DNA from: an uncultured cyanobacterium
Lineage (GTDB): Bacteria; Cyanobacteriota; Cyanobacteriia; Cyanobacteriales; Microcystaceae
Direction of reading: 5' to 3'
DNA length: 64,000 bases
Assembly: GCA_963807635.1 (NCBI GenBank)
Contig: CAWEDJ010000028.1
Location: 32,001 to 96,000 of the forward strand
Positions 22,608-34,266 of this stretch are shown here, one piece after another. The position numbers and the translations under genes are program-made. Positions within the stretch are counted from its first letter, which is position 1, and every line of letters starts with the position of its first letter. The notes below the pieces were generated by a model. It was not told the DNA's origin, did no database searches, and worked only from the letters and a program-made list of their open reading frames with translations.

Positions 22608-24143
22608 ATGGCACGTTTAGCTCTGCTGAGTGTATCGGATAAAACAGGTTTAATTGAATTTGCTCGTCAGTTAGTAGAGGAGTTTCAGTTTGATCTCATC
22701 AGCAGTGGCGGAACTGCCCAGGCATTAAAAGCGGCAGGATTGCCCGTTACCAAGGTGAGCGATTACACAGGTTCCCCCGAAATTTTGGGCGGAAGGGTCA
22801 AAACCTTGCATCCCAAGATTCATGGTGGGATTTTAGCCCGTAAGGATTTGGCGCAGGATTTGGCGGATTTGGAGGCTAATGGGATTCGTCCGTTGGATTT
22901 AGTGGTGGTTAATCTCTATCCCTTTGAACAAACGATCGCTAAACCGAATGTCACCGTTGCCGAAGCTGTTGAACAAATTGATATTGGTGGCCCTGCCATG
23001 ATTCGAGCGACAGCCAAAAACTTTTTCCACACGACGATTTTATCCAATCCCAATCAGTACGACACTTTTTTAAACGCTTTACGGGAAAATAGTGACATTT
23101 CCTTGGAATTGCGCCAACAATTTGCAGGAGAAGCCTTTGCCCTGACCTGCCGTTATGATTCGGCGATCGCCACTTATTTTGCCGAGTTAAATCATCTTGC
23201 AGCCCCAGGCTTTGCCCTCAGTGGAACCTTATTACAAACCCTACGCTACGGCGAAAATCCTCACCAAAGTGCCGCCTGGTATCAAACGGGCAATGAAGCT
23301 TCGGGCTGGTCTAGCGCGGAAAAATTACAGGGAAAAGAATTAAGCTATAACAATTTAGTCGATTTAGAAGCCGCACGACGAATTATTGCCGAATTTGCTC
23401 CCATTGAACCTGCCGTTGCCATTCTCAAACATACCAATCCCTGCGGTGTGGCGATCGGCGATAGTTTAGTGAATGCCTACGAAAAAGCCTACGGAGCCGA
23501 TTCGGTGTCTGCTTTTGGGGGAATCGTTGTTTTGAATCAGTCCCTAGATGCGGCCACTGCCCAGGTAATGACCAAGACCTTTTTGGAATGTATTGTTGCC
23601 CCCGCTTGTACCCCAGAAGCTAAGGCGATTTTAGAGAAAAAACCGAATCTACGAGTCCTGATTCTGCCCGATTTAACCACTGGCCCCGCCCAAACCGTCA
23701 AGGCGATCGCGGGAGGATTATTAGTTCAAGCTTCGGACGATGTGGTTGATAAAGCTGAAAATTGGCAAGTTGTCACCGAAAAACAACCGACCCCAGAGGA
23801 ATTGGCTGAATTATTATTTGCATGGAAAGTTGCCAAACACGTTAAATCCAATGCGATCGTCGTGACCAAAAATCGCGCCACCTTGGGAGTGGGGGCAGGA
23901 CAAATGAATCGAGTCGGTTCCGTCGAAATTGCCCTTAAACAAGCAGGAGAAAGCGCGATCGGGGGTTTTCTAGCGAGTGATGGCTTCTTTCCCTTTGATG
24001 ACTCGGTGAGAACAGCCGCAGCCGCAGGAATTACGGCCATTGTTCAACCTGGTGGCTCAGTCCGAGATAAGGATTCCATCCAAGCCGCAAACGAATTGGG
24101 ATTGGTCATGGTCTTAACGGGAATTCGTCATTTCCTGCACTAA
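22608..24143 (+). CDS. purH: AICAR transformylase / IMP cyclohydrolase
   Basis: ALLSVSDKTG, GRVKTLHP, LRYGENPHQ, KHTNPCG, RHFLH. Confidence 0.97.
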   Translation: MARLALLSVSDKTGLIEFARQLVEEFQFDLISSGGTAQALKAAGLPVTKVSDYTGSPEILGGRVKTLHPKIHGGILARKDLAQDLADLEANGIRPLDLVVVNLYPFEQTIAKPNVTVAEAVEQIDIGGPAMIRATAKNFFHTTILSNPNQYDTFLNALRENSDISLELRQQFAGEAFALTCRYDSAIATYFAELNHLAAPGFALSGTLLQTLRYGENPHQSAAWYQTGNEASGWSSAEKLQGKELSYNNLVDLEAARRIIAEFAPIEPAVAILKHTNPCGVAIGDSLVNAYEKAYGADSVSAFGGIVVLNQSLDAATAQVMTKTFLECIVAPACTPEAKAILEKKPNLRVLILPDLTTGPAQTVKAIAGGLLVQASDDVVDKAENWQVVTEKQPTPEELAELLFAWKVAKHVKSNAIVVTKNRATLGVGAGQMNRVGSVEIALKQAGESAIGGFLASDGFFPFDDSVRTAAAAGITAIVQPGGSVRDKDSIQAANELGLVMVLTGIRHFLH

Positions 24144-24221
24144 AACAAAACTAGGAAATCAGTTTTTTGCTACTCTGCGATCGCCACTTCCCTTGTCAAC
24201 GTGTCAATCACAACTTTAATT

Positions 24222-25097
24222 TTAGGAATTAGCTTGCAATTGTTTGAGCATTTTTCTCAAAGAATCCCGCCAATAGGGAGGATAATCTCCTAAAGTATCT
24301 GTGATCTTTTTACCCGAAAGCACGGAGTAGGCAGGACGGACGGCTGGAGTTGGATAATCTTCGGTAGTAATCGGTATCACCCGTTGAACTTTGAGGGGAA
24401 ATCCTAATGCCCTAGCTTCTTCAAAAATCGCGATCGCAAAATCATACCAACTGACCACACCGCTATTGGTGAAATGATAAATTCCCCTTGCGTCAGTTTG
24501 CAGTAATTGGGCGATCGCGTCGGCAATATCCTTTGCCCAACTGGGACTACCCACTTGATCAGCGACAACTTTCAATTCTTCTCGATCTTGACCTAATCGG
24601 AGCATGGTTTTCACAAAATTACCTTTGCCATAAACGCCATAGACCCAAGCAGTTCTAAGAATTAAATAGTTATCTGTGACCTGTTGAATACCCATTTCCC
24701 CCGCTAATTTACTTTTTCCGTAACTACTGAGGGGATAGGTGGGATCAGTTTCGAGATAGGGCGTATTTTTTTTGCCATTAAAGACATAATCCGTAGAAAC
24801 TTGCAATAACAAAGCTCCTATTTTTTCCGCCTCTTCGGCCATAATTGTCGGAGCTGTTCCGTTAACCGCTTGAGCCAAATCAACTTCACTTTCTGCCTTG
24901 TCCACCGCCGTATAGGCCGCCGAATTAACAATTATGCTGGGTCGAACTTGCTGAACAAGCTGACGAATTTGCTCACCCTGACTGAGATCCAATTCTTGAC
25001 GAGTCAGGGCAACCACCTCTCCCAAGGGCATTAGGGTTTGCTGGAGTTGTTGTCCTAGCTGTCCATCTGCACCTGTCAGCAAAATACGGTTAGTCAT
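24222..25097 (-). CDS. rfbD: dTDP-4-dehydrorhamnose reductase
   Basis: GADGQLG, AAYTAVDKAE, STDYVF, YGKSKLAGE. Confidence 0.95.
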   Translation of the reverse strand: MTNRILLTGADGQLGQQLQQTLMPLGEVVALTRQELDLSQGEQIRQLVQQVRPSIIVNSAAYTAVDKAESEVDLAQAVNGTAPTIMAEEAEKIGALLLQVSTDYVFNGKKNTPYLETDPTYPLSSYGKSKLAGEMGIQQVTDNYLILRTAWVYGVYGKGNFVKTMLRLGQDREELKVVADQVGSPSWAKDIADAIAQLLQTDARGIYHFTNSGVVSWYDFAIAIFEEARALGFPLKVQRVIPITTEDYPTPAVRPAYSVLSGKKITDTLGDYPPYWRDSLRKMLKQLQANS

Positions 25098-25142
25098 GGC
25101 GGGTTAAGGATTGAGTGTTATTGAGTAATTGGGAATAATCAA

Positions 25143-26351
25143 TTAGTTACTCACTTTACCAATAACGCCCTCCACTAACCAATTCATTTTTTCCAATTCA
25201 GGATTGCCCTGATCAAAGGATTTACCCGCAGGAATAACAATTTTACCCGTATTATCTTTAATCGGCCCTTTATAGATGACCATGCTACCATCCATAAATT
25301 TAGCCTTGGCAGCATCGGCTTCCGTTTTGGCTTTTTCACTTACCGCCGCTCCATAGGGCGACATTTTGACAAAACCTTCCTTGAAGCCCCCCCGAACTAG
25401 ATGGGGAATTTCTCCATTCATCAGGGTTTTACCCCCTTGGATTTCTTTGACATACCGAGAATAAATGGTTGCCCAATCCCATTCCGCACCAGTAAGATAC
25501 CCTTTAGGGGCTAATTTTGCTTGGCTGGCATGATAGCCAGAGGAGAAAATACCCCGTTTTTCAGCAGTTTCTACGATAATTTTAGGGCCATCCACATGGG
25601 AGGTAAGTACATCAACCCCTTGATCCGCCATACTATTGGCCGCTTGCGCTTCTTTAATAGGTTCTGACCAATCCCCCGTAAAAATCACCTGGGTTGTGAC
25701 CTTGGGATTAACGCTTTTGGCTCCCAGGGTAAAGCTATTAATATTCCTCAATACCTGGGGAATGGGTTTGGCGGCCACAAAGCCTAATTTATTGGTTTTG
25801 GTGGTTAATCCCGCGACGATACCCGCGACATACTGGGCTTCATCAATGTAGCCAAAATAACTACCCACATTTTTGGGGTGAACGCCTTCTTGATAGAGTC
25901 CGCCTGCGTGGAAAAACTGGACTTCAGGGTATTGTTTGGCCATGACTAACACATGGGGGTCAAAATAACCGAAAGAAGTGGGAAAGAGGACTTTTGCGCC
26001 ATCCTGGTCGATCATACTCCGCATGGCTTCTTGAACTTCGTTGGTTTCGGGAACACTAGCCTGCTCTACGATTTTAATTCCAGGTAGGGCTGCGATCGCG
26101 GCGGCTCCTTCTGCGTGGGCTTGGTTATAGCCAAAATCATCCTTTGAACCCACATAAATAAACCCGACTACTAACGGTTCTCCCGTTGTGCTAGAGGTAG
26201 CAGGACTCGCTCCTGTTGTGGTTTCTGGAGTCGTTTCCTTAGCGGGGGTACAACCTGTGCCGAATTTTACCGTTGCAGCAAAGGCTGATGTAGCGAGCAA
26301 TCCTCGAATGATTTGACGACGGGAGAGGGAAAATTTTTCGGGTTTCATCAT
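25143..26351 (-). CDS. BMP family ABC substrate-binding protein (nucleoside/purine type), Tat lipoprotein signal
   Basis: SRRQII...GC signal; GFIYVG..DDFGYNQAH; INSFTLGA. Confidence 0.88.
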   Translation of the reverse strand: MMKPEKFSLSRRQIIRGLLATSAFAATVKFGTGCTPAKETTPETTTGASPATSSTTGEPLVVGFIYVGSKDDFGYNQAHAEGAAAIAALPGIKIVEQASVPETNEVQEAMRSMIDQDGAKVLFPTSFGYFDPHVLVMAKQYPEVQFFHAGGLYQEGVHPKNVGSYFGYIDEAQYVAGIVAGLTTKTNKLGFVAAKPIPQVLRNINSFTLGAKSVNPKVTTQVIFTGDWSEPIKEAQAANSMADQGVDVLTSHVDGPKIIVETAEKRGIFSSGYHASQAKLAPKGYLTGAEWDWATIYSRYVKEIQGGKTLMNGEIPHLVRGGFKEGFVKMSPYGAAVSEKAKTEADAAKAKFMDGSMVIYKGPIKDNTGKIVIPAGKSFDQGNPELEKMNWLVEGVIGKVSN

Positions 26352-26560
26352 TATTTAAAAAGTCCTGATTGAGCTTGAATCGTAAAGAAATTATTGGCAA
26401 AATCATCCATTTCAAGAAAAATAAAATACTATTGGATAATTTTGTCGGTTTTTATGGTGAATGTGAACTGACTGGTTGGATAACGTTAAATTTTAACTAA
26501 AAGAAGATTACCGAAAAAAAGCGATTCCAAACCATCTAATCATTTTTTCGTAAATGGATT

Positions 26561-26574
26561 GTATCGTTGATTAC
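26561..26574. promoter_or_regulatory. NtcA box upstream of the BMP gene
   Basis: GTA-TCGTTGAT-TAC, an exact GTA-N8-TAC. Confidence 0.6.
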
Positions 26575-26711
26575 GGTTAACTGAGCTTTTTCAATAATTG
26601 CGATCGCTGATCACCTCTCTCCCTTATCAGAGATAAAAAATCATCCCTAATCGACAAAAGATAACCGATAATTAATCCATTACAAGTCAAGAGCCTGATC
26701 TATCTTCCCCG

Positions 26712-28637
26712 ATGAACCAGCCCATCAAACCCGGTAAATTAATCAATGATCACTATTTAGTCAAGCTCATCCTTGGTCAGGGAAGATTTAATCGAACCTA
26801 CTTGGTAGAAGATACCCATCGTTTCAATGAACCTTGTGTTGTTAAGGAATTCGCCCCTAAAATTGAAGATCCTGTTATTCGACAAAAGACGGCAGAACTC
26901 TTCCATCGTCAAGCAGAAATTCTTTATCATCTATATCATCCGCAATTAGCTAATTTTAGGGAAATTTTCCAAGTATCCCAAGAAAATCCAGATTCGATTT
27001 TCCTGGTTCAAGATTATGTTGAGGGGCAGACCTATCAGGATTTATTAAATTTACGGCGGAGTCGGGGCAAATTTTTCAATGAAGCCGAAATAAAATCTCT
27101 ATTGCAACAAGTTTTGCCAATTTTGCAGTATCTCCACGAGCAAGGAATTATTCATCGCGATATTTGCCCTAAAAATATTATTCAGCGTGAATTTGACTCA
27201 TTACCCGTTTTAATCGATTTTAGTAGCGTCAAACTTTTAGAACCCAAATCATCACAAGAGCAGTCAACTCAAGCTGTTAATGGCCAACCAAAAACTTCTT
27301 GGGTTTTAAATCAATTGGGAAAGATGACCTATGGGAGTAAGGAACAGGAATCGCTTAAATTGGTCTCTATTGATAGGGATTTATACGGTTTAGGGGTTAC
27401 GGCGGTGGTACTGTTGACGGGAAAGGATATTTCTCTTTTAACGGATACCCAGCAAACCCTAGCAGAAATATTGCACCAGCACTCTGTTAGTCTCCAGCTA
27501 ACCCAGATTTTGTTGAAAATGTTAGCTAGTCCAACGGAGCCTCGCTTTTCTTCTGCTAAGGAAATACTCGATGATTTAAACCAAGATAATTTTTTCGATT
27601 CTGTTGATAATGAGGGAAAAAGTAAGGGCAATATCAGCGAAATCCCAGCCGATAAGTCTAAATCTAATTCTGTAGCTCCTGTCGTTCAAAATTCTGATAT
27701 GGCCGCTATTTCTCCTCCTTCTCAAAAAGTTCTCTGGGGTTGTTTAGGTAAATTAAGTTTATTTCTCTTACTGGTCACTATTTCTGGACTAATGGGCTGG
27801 TTTGCGGGTAAAACTTGGCTGGTGAAAATGTTGCAACCGACGGCGATTAATTCGACAAATTCCGATATTTTAACCTCAAACAACGGTTCCACTGGGACGA
27901 CTCCCCCCCCAGAAGAGGGAAATAACAATAAGGATCTGGTCACTCGACGGCGAGAGTTGGGGATTGATCGCCTCTTTTTTAATCAATTAGTTGACCAAAG
28001 TTTAGCCATTCAAGATACCGCTTCCCAGGAGAAGGCAACTTCTAAGGAACAAGCCTGGGAAAAAGCCGCGAATAACCTATTGGATAAACTCACTCCCTTA
28101 AGTCCAGACGCATTGAGGGGATTAGGCCGCTATGGCATTGAACAACGGTCTGAATGGGCCAGACGGGTTAATCAATTGCATTTGAGTAGTCGCGCCCTCT
28201 CCAATTTGGCTAATATTCGTTTCTTAAAGGATTTTCCTGAGCTAGAAAACCAGAATTTTATGGATCAGCCCCTGGGTCAGGTTTGGTACGCGATCGCGTT
28301 TGATACGGTGCAATCTCTTGAATCTAAAAAAAACTATGAACTATTAACCAAGGACGGAAGCCAGACCACCCAACAGGTCATGGGCAAACTCGAACCTGGA
28401 GAGGGAAAAGCCTATAGTATTTCTTTGCCCGCATCTAAACCAATGGAAATTAAACTCCAAGCCAGTCCCGATGCCCTGCTGACTATTTATTCCCCCACTG
28501 GACAGGAAATTTTATTAGACAACTCTCGCACCCATCAGTGGTCGGGAATTCTACCCGAAAGCGGTTACTACGAAATTCTGGTTACGTCAAAAGCCAAAGA
28601 AGCCTTTGATTACCAACTGACTCTCAGTGTTTGGTAG
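26712..28637 (+). CDS. Ser/Thr kinase-like protein with degenerate motifs, TM helix and periplasmic domain
   Basis: LGQGRFNRTY, VVKE, HRDICPKN, DFSS. Confidence 0.82.
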   Translation: MNQPIKPGKLINDHYLVKLILGQGRFNRTYLVEDTHRFNEPCVVKEFAPKIEDPVIRQKTAELFHRQAEILYHLYHPQLANFREIFQVSQENPDSIFLVQDYVEGQTYQDLLNLRRSRGKFFNEAEIKSLLQQVLPILQYLHEQGIIHRDICPKNIIQREFDSLPVLIDFSSVKLLEPKSSQEQSTQAVNGQPKTSWVLNQLGKMTYGSKEQESLKLVSIDRDLYGLGVTAVVLLTGKDISLLTDTQQTLAEILHQHSVSLQLTQILLKMLASPTEPRFSSAKEILDDLNQDNFFDSVDNEGKSKGNISEIPADKSKSNSVAPVVQNSDMAAISPPSQKVLWGCLGKLSLFLLLVTISGLMGWFAGKTWLVKMLQPTAINSTNSDILTSNNGSTGTTPPPEEGNNNKDLVTRRRELGIDRLFFNQLVDQSLAIQDTASQEKATSKEQAWEKAANNLLDKLTPLSPDALRGLGRYGIEQRSEWARRVNQLHLSSRALSNLANIRFLKDFPELENQNFMDQPLGQVWYAIAFDTVQSLESKKNYELLTKDGSQTTQQVMGKLEPGEGKAYSISLPASKPMEIKLQASPDALLTIYSPTGQEILLDNSRTHQWSGILPESGYYEILVTSKAKEAFDYQLTLSVW

Positions 28638-28736
28638 GGTCTGGGAACTTGAATTTTTGACCCAATTATCCCGTAACGAAACGCCACAACGCCCTATAAT
28701 AACAAAATATTAAGGTGAAAACGCAACTCGAAGACT

Positions 28737-29720
28737 ATGGCAGAAACCCTACTATTCAAAGCATTACAACAGGCGATCGACGAAGAAATGGGGCGGGATG
28801 AAACCGTCTATGTTCTTGGAGAAGATGTAGGGCAGTACGGCGGTTCCTACAAAGTAACGAAAGATTTATACGAAAAATACGGTGAATGGCGGGTACTGGA
28901 TACACCCATTGCTGAAAATAGTTTTACAGGCATGGCCGTCGGTTCAGCGATGACAGGTTTGCGTCCCATTATTGAAGGAATGAACATGGGCTTTTTGCTG
29001 CTCGCCTTCAATCAAATTGCCAATAACGCGGGAATGCTCCGTTATACTTCTGGGGGAAATTTTAAAATTCCGATGGTGATTCGGGGGCCAGGCGGAGTGG
29101 GCAGACAACTCGGTGCAGAACATTCCCAACGACTAGAAGCCTATTTTCACGCCGTCCCAGGGCTAAAAATTGTCGCTTGTTCTACTCCCTACAATGCCAA
29201 AGGTCTTTTAAAGGCTGCCATTCGTGACGATAATCCCGTCCTATTTTTTGAACACGTTTTACTCTACAACCTCAAAGAAAACCTGCCCGATGGGGAATAT
29301 ATTGTTCCCCTAGATAAGGCTGAAATCGTTCGTCCTGGGAAAGACATTACTATTCTCACCTATTCTCGGATGCGTCACCATTGTTTACAGGCTCTCAAAC
29401 AAATCGAAAAAGATGGTTACGACCCTGAAATTATTGATCTCATTTCCCTCAAACCCTTTGACATGGAAACGATTGGAGCATCTATTCGCAAAACCCATCG
29501 GGTAATTATTGTCGAAGAATGTATGAAAACGGGCGGGATCGCAGTGGAATTAATGTCTTTGATCACCGAGCAGTTTTTTGATGAACTAGATTCTCCTGTG
29601 GTGCGATTATCTTCCCAGGATATTCCGACTCCCTATAACGGAGCCTTGGAACGGTTAACCATTGTTCAGCCTCATCAGATTGCCGAAGCCGTTAAGAAAA
29701 TGATGAATTTAGGTTTCTAA
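28737..29720 (+). CDS. pdhB: Pyruvate dehydrogenase E1 beta
   Basis: [21 protein letters not shown]. Confidence 0.96.
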   Translation: MAETLLFKALQQAIDEEMGRDETVYVLGEDVGQYGGSYKVTKDLYEKYGEWRVLDTPIAENSFTGMAVGSAMTGLRPIIEGMNMGFLLLAFNQIANNAGMLRYTSGGNFKIPMVIRGPGGVGRQLGAEHSQRLEAYFHAVPGLKIVACSTPYNAKGLLKAAIRDDNPVLFFEHVLLYNLKENLPDGEYIVPLDKAEIVRPGKDITILTYSRMRHHCLQALKQIEKDGYDPEIIDLISLKPFDMETIGASIRKTHRVIIVEECMKTGGIAVELMSLITEQFFDELDSPVVRLSSQDIPTPYNGALERLTIVQPHQIAEAVKKMMNLGF

Positions 29721-29849
29721 TCGTAGATTTAGGTTAAATAAATCGCAATCCAGCAAACACGCACGATGGATTACAGTTTATTTAAGGATTTGTTCCATTT
29801 CTTTGGGGTTAATCTAGGTTATTGGGTTCTACAGACTATTTAAGTTTAA

Positions 29850-29872
29850 GGGCGCACGCCATGCGCCCCTAC
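29850..29872. repeat. REP-like palindrome
   Basis: GGGCGCA-CGCCA-TGCGCCC followed by CTAC (GTAG-type REP on the minus strand). Confidence 0.65.
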
Positions 29873-30049
29873 TAAAACTAATTTTTTTACACAACTGTAT
29901 AGTAAATTAGACTCTGTTTTGTTGGGTTTGTCTGTATTTAACCCAACTTACTTTTTTAATGTCATAGCGTTAAGACCCTATTTTTTGGTAGAGTTCAAAA
30001 ATATCAGGCTCAACACCTATCTTTCTATTTCTTACTTCCTTCTTCCCGT

Positions 30050-31468
30050 ATGCAAAAACAGCGTTGGTTAATTGCCCTCATCCTAACTCTAGTGGTCGGT
30101 TCCTTTGTGGTTTTGTTTAAACTACCTCTACAACTCGGTTTAGACCTCCGAGGGGGGGCGCAGTTAACGATGGAAGTCCAACCGACCAAAGAAGTCACTC
30201 AAATTAAACCAGAAGATCTGGCCGCCGTTAAAACCGTAATTGAAAATCGGGTCAATGCCTTGGGGGTATCGGAACCCTTAGTGCAAACAGTGGGGCAGGA
30301 TAAAATTTTGGTGCAATTGCCTGGGGTCACTAATCCTGAACAGGCAGAACGGATTTTAGGGGGAACGGCTCAACTAGAATTTCGGGAACAAAAGCAGGGA
30401 ACGGAAGGAGAATTTCAGGCTGAATATAGCATTAAACGCCAATTAGAGGCTCAATCGGTTTTTTTGAGAAAGCAAAATGTTGATCCGACTAAATTAACAG
30501 AATTAATTAAATCTCTAGATGGTTCTAATCAAGCGATTCTAAAACTATTTGAACCGGTTGGATTGACAGGAAAAAATCTCAAGGATGCTCGTCCTTCTCC
30601 CACTCAGGCGGGTAATGCGTGGGAAGTGGCGATTCGTTTTGATGAATTTGGTGGTCAGAAGTTTGCCGAGTTAACCAAAAATTTAGCGGGAACGGGTCGG
30701 AGTATCGGAATTTTTCTGGATAATAGTTTGATTAGTGCGCCAGTGGTCGGGGTTGAGTTTGCGAGTACGGGAATTTCGGGCGGTAGTGCGGTTATTACGG
30801 GCAATTTTACGGTAGAAACTGCCAATGATTTAGCAGTGCAGTTGAGAGGCGGATCTTTACCTTTCCCTGTAAAAGTGGTGGAAAATCGGACGGTGGGAGC
30901 AACTCTTGGGCAAGATAGTATTCGTCGTAGTATTGTTGCTGGGGCGGCTGGATTATCCTTGGTTCTCATCTTTATGGCGGTTTATTATCGCTTGCCTGGG
31001 GTTATTGCCGATGTATCCTTGTTAATCTATACCTTATTGAGTCTGGCGGCTTTTGCTTTGATCGGGGTGACGTTAACTCTTCCAGGAATTGCGGGTTTTA
31101 TTCTGAGTATTGGGATGGCAGTGGATGCCAATGTGCTGATTTTTGAGCGGACTCGTGAGGAATTGCGGGCGGGGAACACGCTCTATCGGTCAGTTGAAGG
31201 CGGTTTTTATCGGGCTTTTTCCAGTATTTTGGATAGTAATGTGACGACTTTGATTGCCTGTGGCGCACTTTTTTGGTTGGGTTCAGGTTTGGTTAAGGGC
31301 TTTGCGTTGACCTTGGCGATCGGGGTTATGGTCAGTATGTTTACGGCTTTGACCTGTAGCCGCACGTTACTCTTAATGGTCGTTCTGGGAGTGCCTGGCA
31401 TTCGTCAAAAACCTGAGTTATTTTGTCCCAACTTAGACAATGCCGCGATCGCGAAAGGTTCGGTGTAG
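30050..31468 (+). CDS. secD: Protein translocase subunit SecD
   Basis: LGLDLRGG, TVGATLG, IGMAVDANVLIFER. Confidence 0.97.
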   Translation: MQKQRWLIALILTLVVGSFVVLFKLPLQLGLDLRGGAQLTMEVQPTKEVTQIKPEDLAAVKTVIENRVNALGVSEPLVQTVGQDKILVQLPGVTNPEQAERILGGTAQLEFREQKQGTEGEFQAEYSIKRQLEAQSVFLRKQNVDPTKLTELIKSLDGSNQAILKLFEPVGLTGKNLKDARPSPTQAGNAWEVAIRFDEFGGQKFAELTKNLAGTGRSIGIFLDNSLISAPVVGVEFASTGISGGSAVITGNFTVETANDLAVQLRGGSLPFPVKVVENRTVGATLGQDSIRRSIVAGAAGLSLVLIFMAVYYRLPGVIADVSLLIYTLLSLAAFALIGVTLTLPGIAGFILSIGMAVDANVLIFERTREELRAGNTLYRSVEGGFYRAFSSILDSNVTTLIACGALFWLGSGLVKGFALTLAIGVMVSMFTALTCSRTLLLMVVLGVPGIRQKPELFCPNLDNAAIAKGSV

Positions 31469-31515
31469 GCGATCGCGATTAAATCAGTAATTAAATTATT
31501 AGGAGAAGCAAAAAA

Positions 31516-32445
31516 ATGAGAATTGATGTGATTAAACGGGAAAAATTTTGGTGGTCAACTTCCGTTTTTATTATTGCCTTTGGTCTGATTGCGATGGCGG
31601 TTTCCTGGTCAATTATTGGCACACCTTTAAAGCCTAGCTTAGATTTTATCGGTGGAACTCGTTTACAATTGCAACTAGAATGTGCCGTTAATAAGAGTTG
31701 TGCCGAACCGATTGATGCGGCTAAGGTACGTTCTGTTTTAGATGAGGAAGGATTGGGAGCAAGTGGCATTCAAATTGTTGAAGATTATACTTTGTCCATT
31801 CGTGCTAAAACCCTGGATGTGGGAGAAAGAACCAAACTTCAACAAGTTCTAACGGAAAAAATTGGTAAATTTAATCCTGAAACCATTCAAATTGACACAG
31901 TTGGCCCGACCATCGGCAAAGAATTATTTACTTCTGGACTGTTAGCGTTAATTCTTTCTTTTGCGGGTATTGCTGTTTATTTAAACTTTCGTTTTCAATC
32001 AGATTATGCCTTTTTCGCGATCGTTGCCTTATTTCACGACATTTTATTAACCGTCGGAATTTTTGCGATTTTAGGGTTAGTAGCAGGTGTAGAAGTTGAT
32101 AGTTTATTTTTAGTGGCGTTGTTAACGATTATCGGTTTTTCAGTCAATGATACTGTCGTTATTTATGACCGCATTCGAGAAAATTTAGAGAAATATCCCG
32201 ATGAGCCGATTAATGACATTGTGGATGATTCTGTTAATCAAACCCTATCCCGTTCTATTAATACAACTTTAACGGTGTTATTACCCCTGGTAGCAATTTT
32301 CTTCTTTGGTGGTGAGACTTTAAAATATTTTGCTTTAGCTTTAATTATTGGCTTTTCAACGGGAGCCTATTCGAGTATTTTTATTGCTAGTACCCTACTC
32401 GCTTGGTGGCGTAATCGTCCAAGTTTAAAGAAAGCAACGTCTTGA
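31516..32445 (+). CDS. secF: Protein translocase subunit SecF
   Basis: [29 protein letters not shown]. Confidence 0.97.
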   Translation: MRIDVIKREKFWWSTSVFIIAFGLIAMAVSWSIIGTPLKPSLDFIGGTRLQLQLECAVNKSCAEPIDAAKVRSVLDEEGLGASGIQIVEDYTLSIRAKTLDVGERTKLQQVLTEKIGKFNPETIQIDTVGPTIGKELFTSGLLALILSFAGIAVYLNFRFQSDYAFFAIVALFHDILLTVGIFAILGLVAGVEVDSLFLVALLTIIGFSVNDTVVIYDRIRENLEKYPDEPINDIVDDSVNQTLSRSINTTLTVLLPLVAIFFFGGETLKYFALALIIGFSTGAYSSIFIASTLLAWWRNRPSLKKATS

Positions 32446-32564
32446 TTTAACTCTTCATTACTAACGAATACTCCCAAATCTGATCACTCGTTGCTAAATT
32501 CTGATAAAATTCGATTTGGCTCCCGTTTTGATTATTCATTGACCCCTATCGAGAAAAGCACACC

Positions 32565-33835
32565 ATGATTCACGACATCTTCATGCCAGCCCTGAGTTCG
32601 ACGATGACCGAAGGAAAAATCGTTTCCTGGGTTAAATCTCCTGGCGACAAAGCTGGCCAAGGGAGAAACCGTTTTGGTCGTCGAGTCAGATAAGGCCGAT
32701 ATGGATGTGGAATCCTTCTATGAGGGTTATTTGGCCATTATTCTCGTCGAAGCAGGTAGTGAAGCTCCCGTTGGTTCCGCGATCGCGTTGATTGCCGAAA
32801 CTGAAGCTGAAATTGCGATCGCCCAGGAACAGGGTAAAGCCGCCGCCGCTCCATCCCCAACCGCAGTTCCCACAACCGCTCCCGTTGTTGTAGAAGCCTC
32901 CCCTGTGACCGTTGCAACCACAACGAATGGCAGTGGTCGATTAATTGCTTCACCGCTTGCCAAAAAACTGGCTAAAGAATTAAAAATTGATTTAAAAGGA
33001 CTCCAAGGTAGTGGCCCTCACGGTCGAATTGTGGCAGAAGATGTAGAAAAAGCGGCTGGAAAAGCCCCAACAGTGGCCGCCGTGATCACTCCATCCTCCG
33101 TTGCAACGCCTACTCCCCAACCCGTTGTTTCAACTGTACCCATACCTGTTACCGCGATCGCAGGAGAAACCGTTCCCCTCACCACCTTCCAAAAAGCCCT
33201 GGTGCAGAACATGGTGTCCGCCATGCAGGCCCCGACTTTCCGAGTGGCTTATACCATCACCACCGATGGACTGGATAAGCTTTATAAACAGGTCAAATCC
33301 AAAGGCGTAACCATGACGGCCCTTTTAGCCAAAGCGGTTGCTGTCACCCTGAAAAAACATCCCCTTGTCAATGCCAACTACACAGAAAAAGGCATTCAAC
33401 ACAACGCCGCCATCAATATTTCGATCGCGGTCGCCATGCCCGATGGCGGTTTGATTACCCCTGTTTTACAAAATGCGGATCAAGTGGATCTTTATTCCCT
33501 TTCTCGTCGTTGGAAAGAATTAGTCGAACGGGCGCGGGCTAAGCAGTTGCAACCCGAAGAATACAGCACGGGAACTTTCACGATTTCTAATTTGGGAATG
33601 TTTGCGAGTCGATCGCTTTGATGCCATTTTACCCCCTGGTCAGGGAGCGATTTTAGCCGTCGGTGCGTCTAGTCCCCAGGTGGTGGCAACCAATGAGGGC
33701 TTAATGGGCATCAAACGTCAAATGTGTGTAAACATCACCTGTGACCACCGAGTGATCTACGGGGCTCACGCCGCCGCTTTCCTACAGGATTTGGCAACGT
33801 TGATTGAAAGCAATGCTCAATCTTTAACCCTCTAA
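32565..33835 (+). CDS. pdhC: Pyruvate dehydrogenase E2 (frameshifts ~32653 and ~33605)
   Basis: MIHDIFMPALSSTMTEGKIVSW from 32565; lipoyl ESDKA; GSGPHGRI; DHRVIYGA. Confidence 0.93.
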
Positions 33836-33964
33836 AAACCACGTCTGTTGAATTTTCTCATCTCCCAAAAACTGCTCTAAAATGGAGGTAAGTTTCTTCT
33901 TGCTTGTTTGCAGTTAATCAAGCAGGGAAAAGATTAGCCAAATTATTGAGAATTGCCAAGATAT

Positions 33965-34252
33965 ATGAGTCCCTTATTGCCTCGGTTTGTTAAAATTGCC
34001 TATCGTAAAGAACCCATTTCTAGTTTTATTTTGATTGTGGGGGCAGTCGATGTGGTGATTGGGGGAATGGGCGAAAAATGGAGTTTATTGTCGATTGGGG
34101 TTGCAACTGCCCTCTTAGCGGTAGGAATGCGTTGGTGGCAATCCCAGAAATCCGAGGCGATCGCGGTGGAACAACCTCCCAGACGCTATTTACCCCCAGC
34201 CTCTTCCCGCGCCCCGTTACCTAATTTAACCAAAGAAAATCGGCATTACTAA
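33965..34252 (+). CDS. Conserved small 2-TM cyanobacterial protein
   Basis: YRKEPISSFILIVGAVD...RRYLPP. Confidence 0.7.
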   Translation: MSPLLPRFVKIAYRKEPISSFILIVGAVDVVIGGMGEKWSLLSIGVATALLAVGMRWWQSQKSEAIAVEQPPRRYLPPASSRAPLPNLTKENRHY

Positions 34253-34266
34253 ATCCGTTAACGGGA

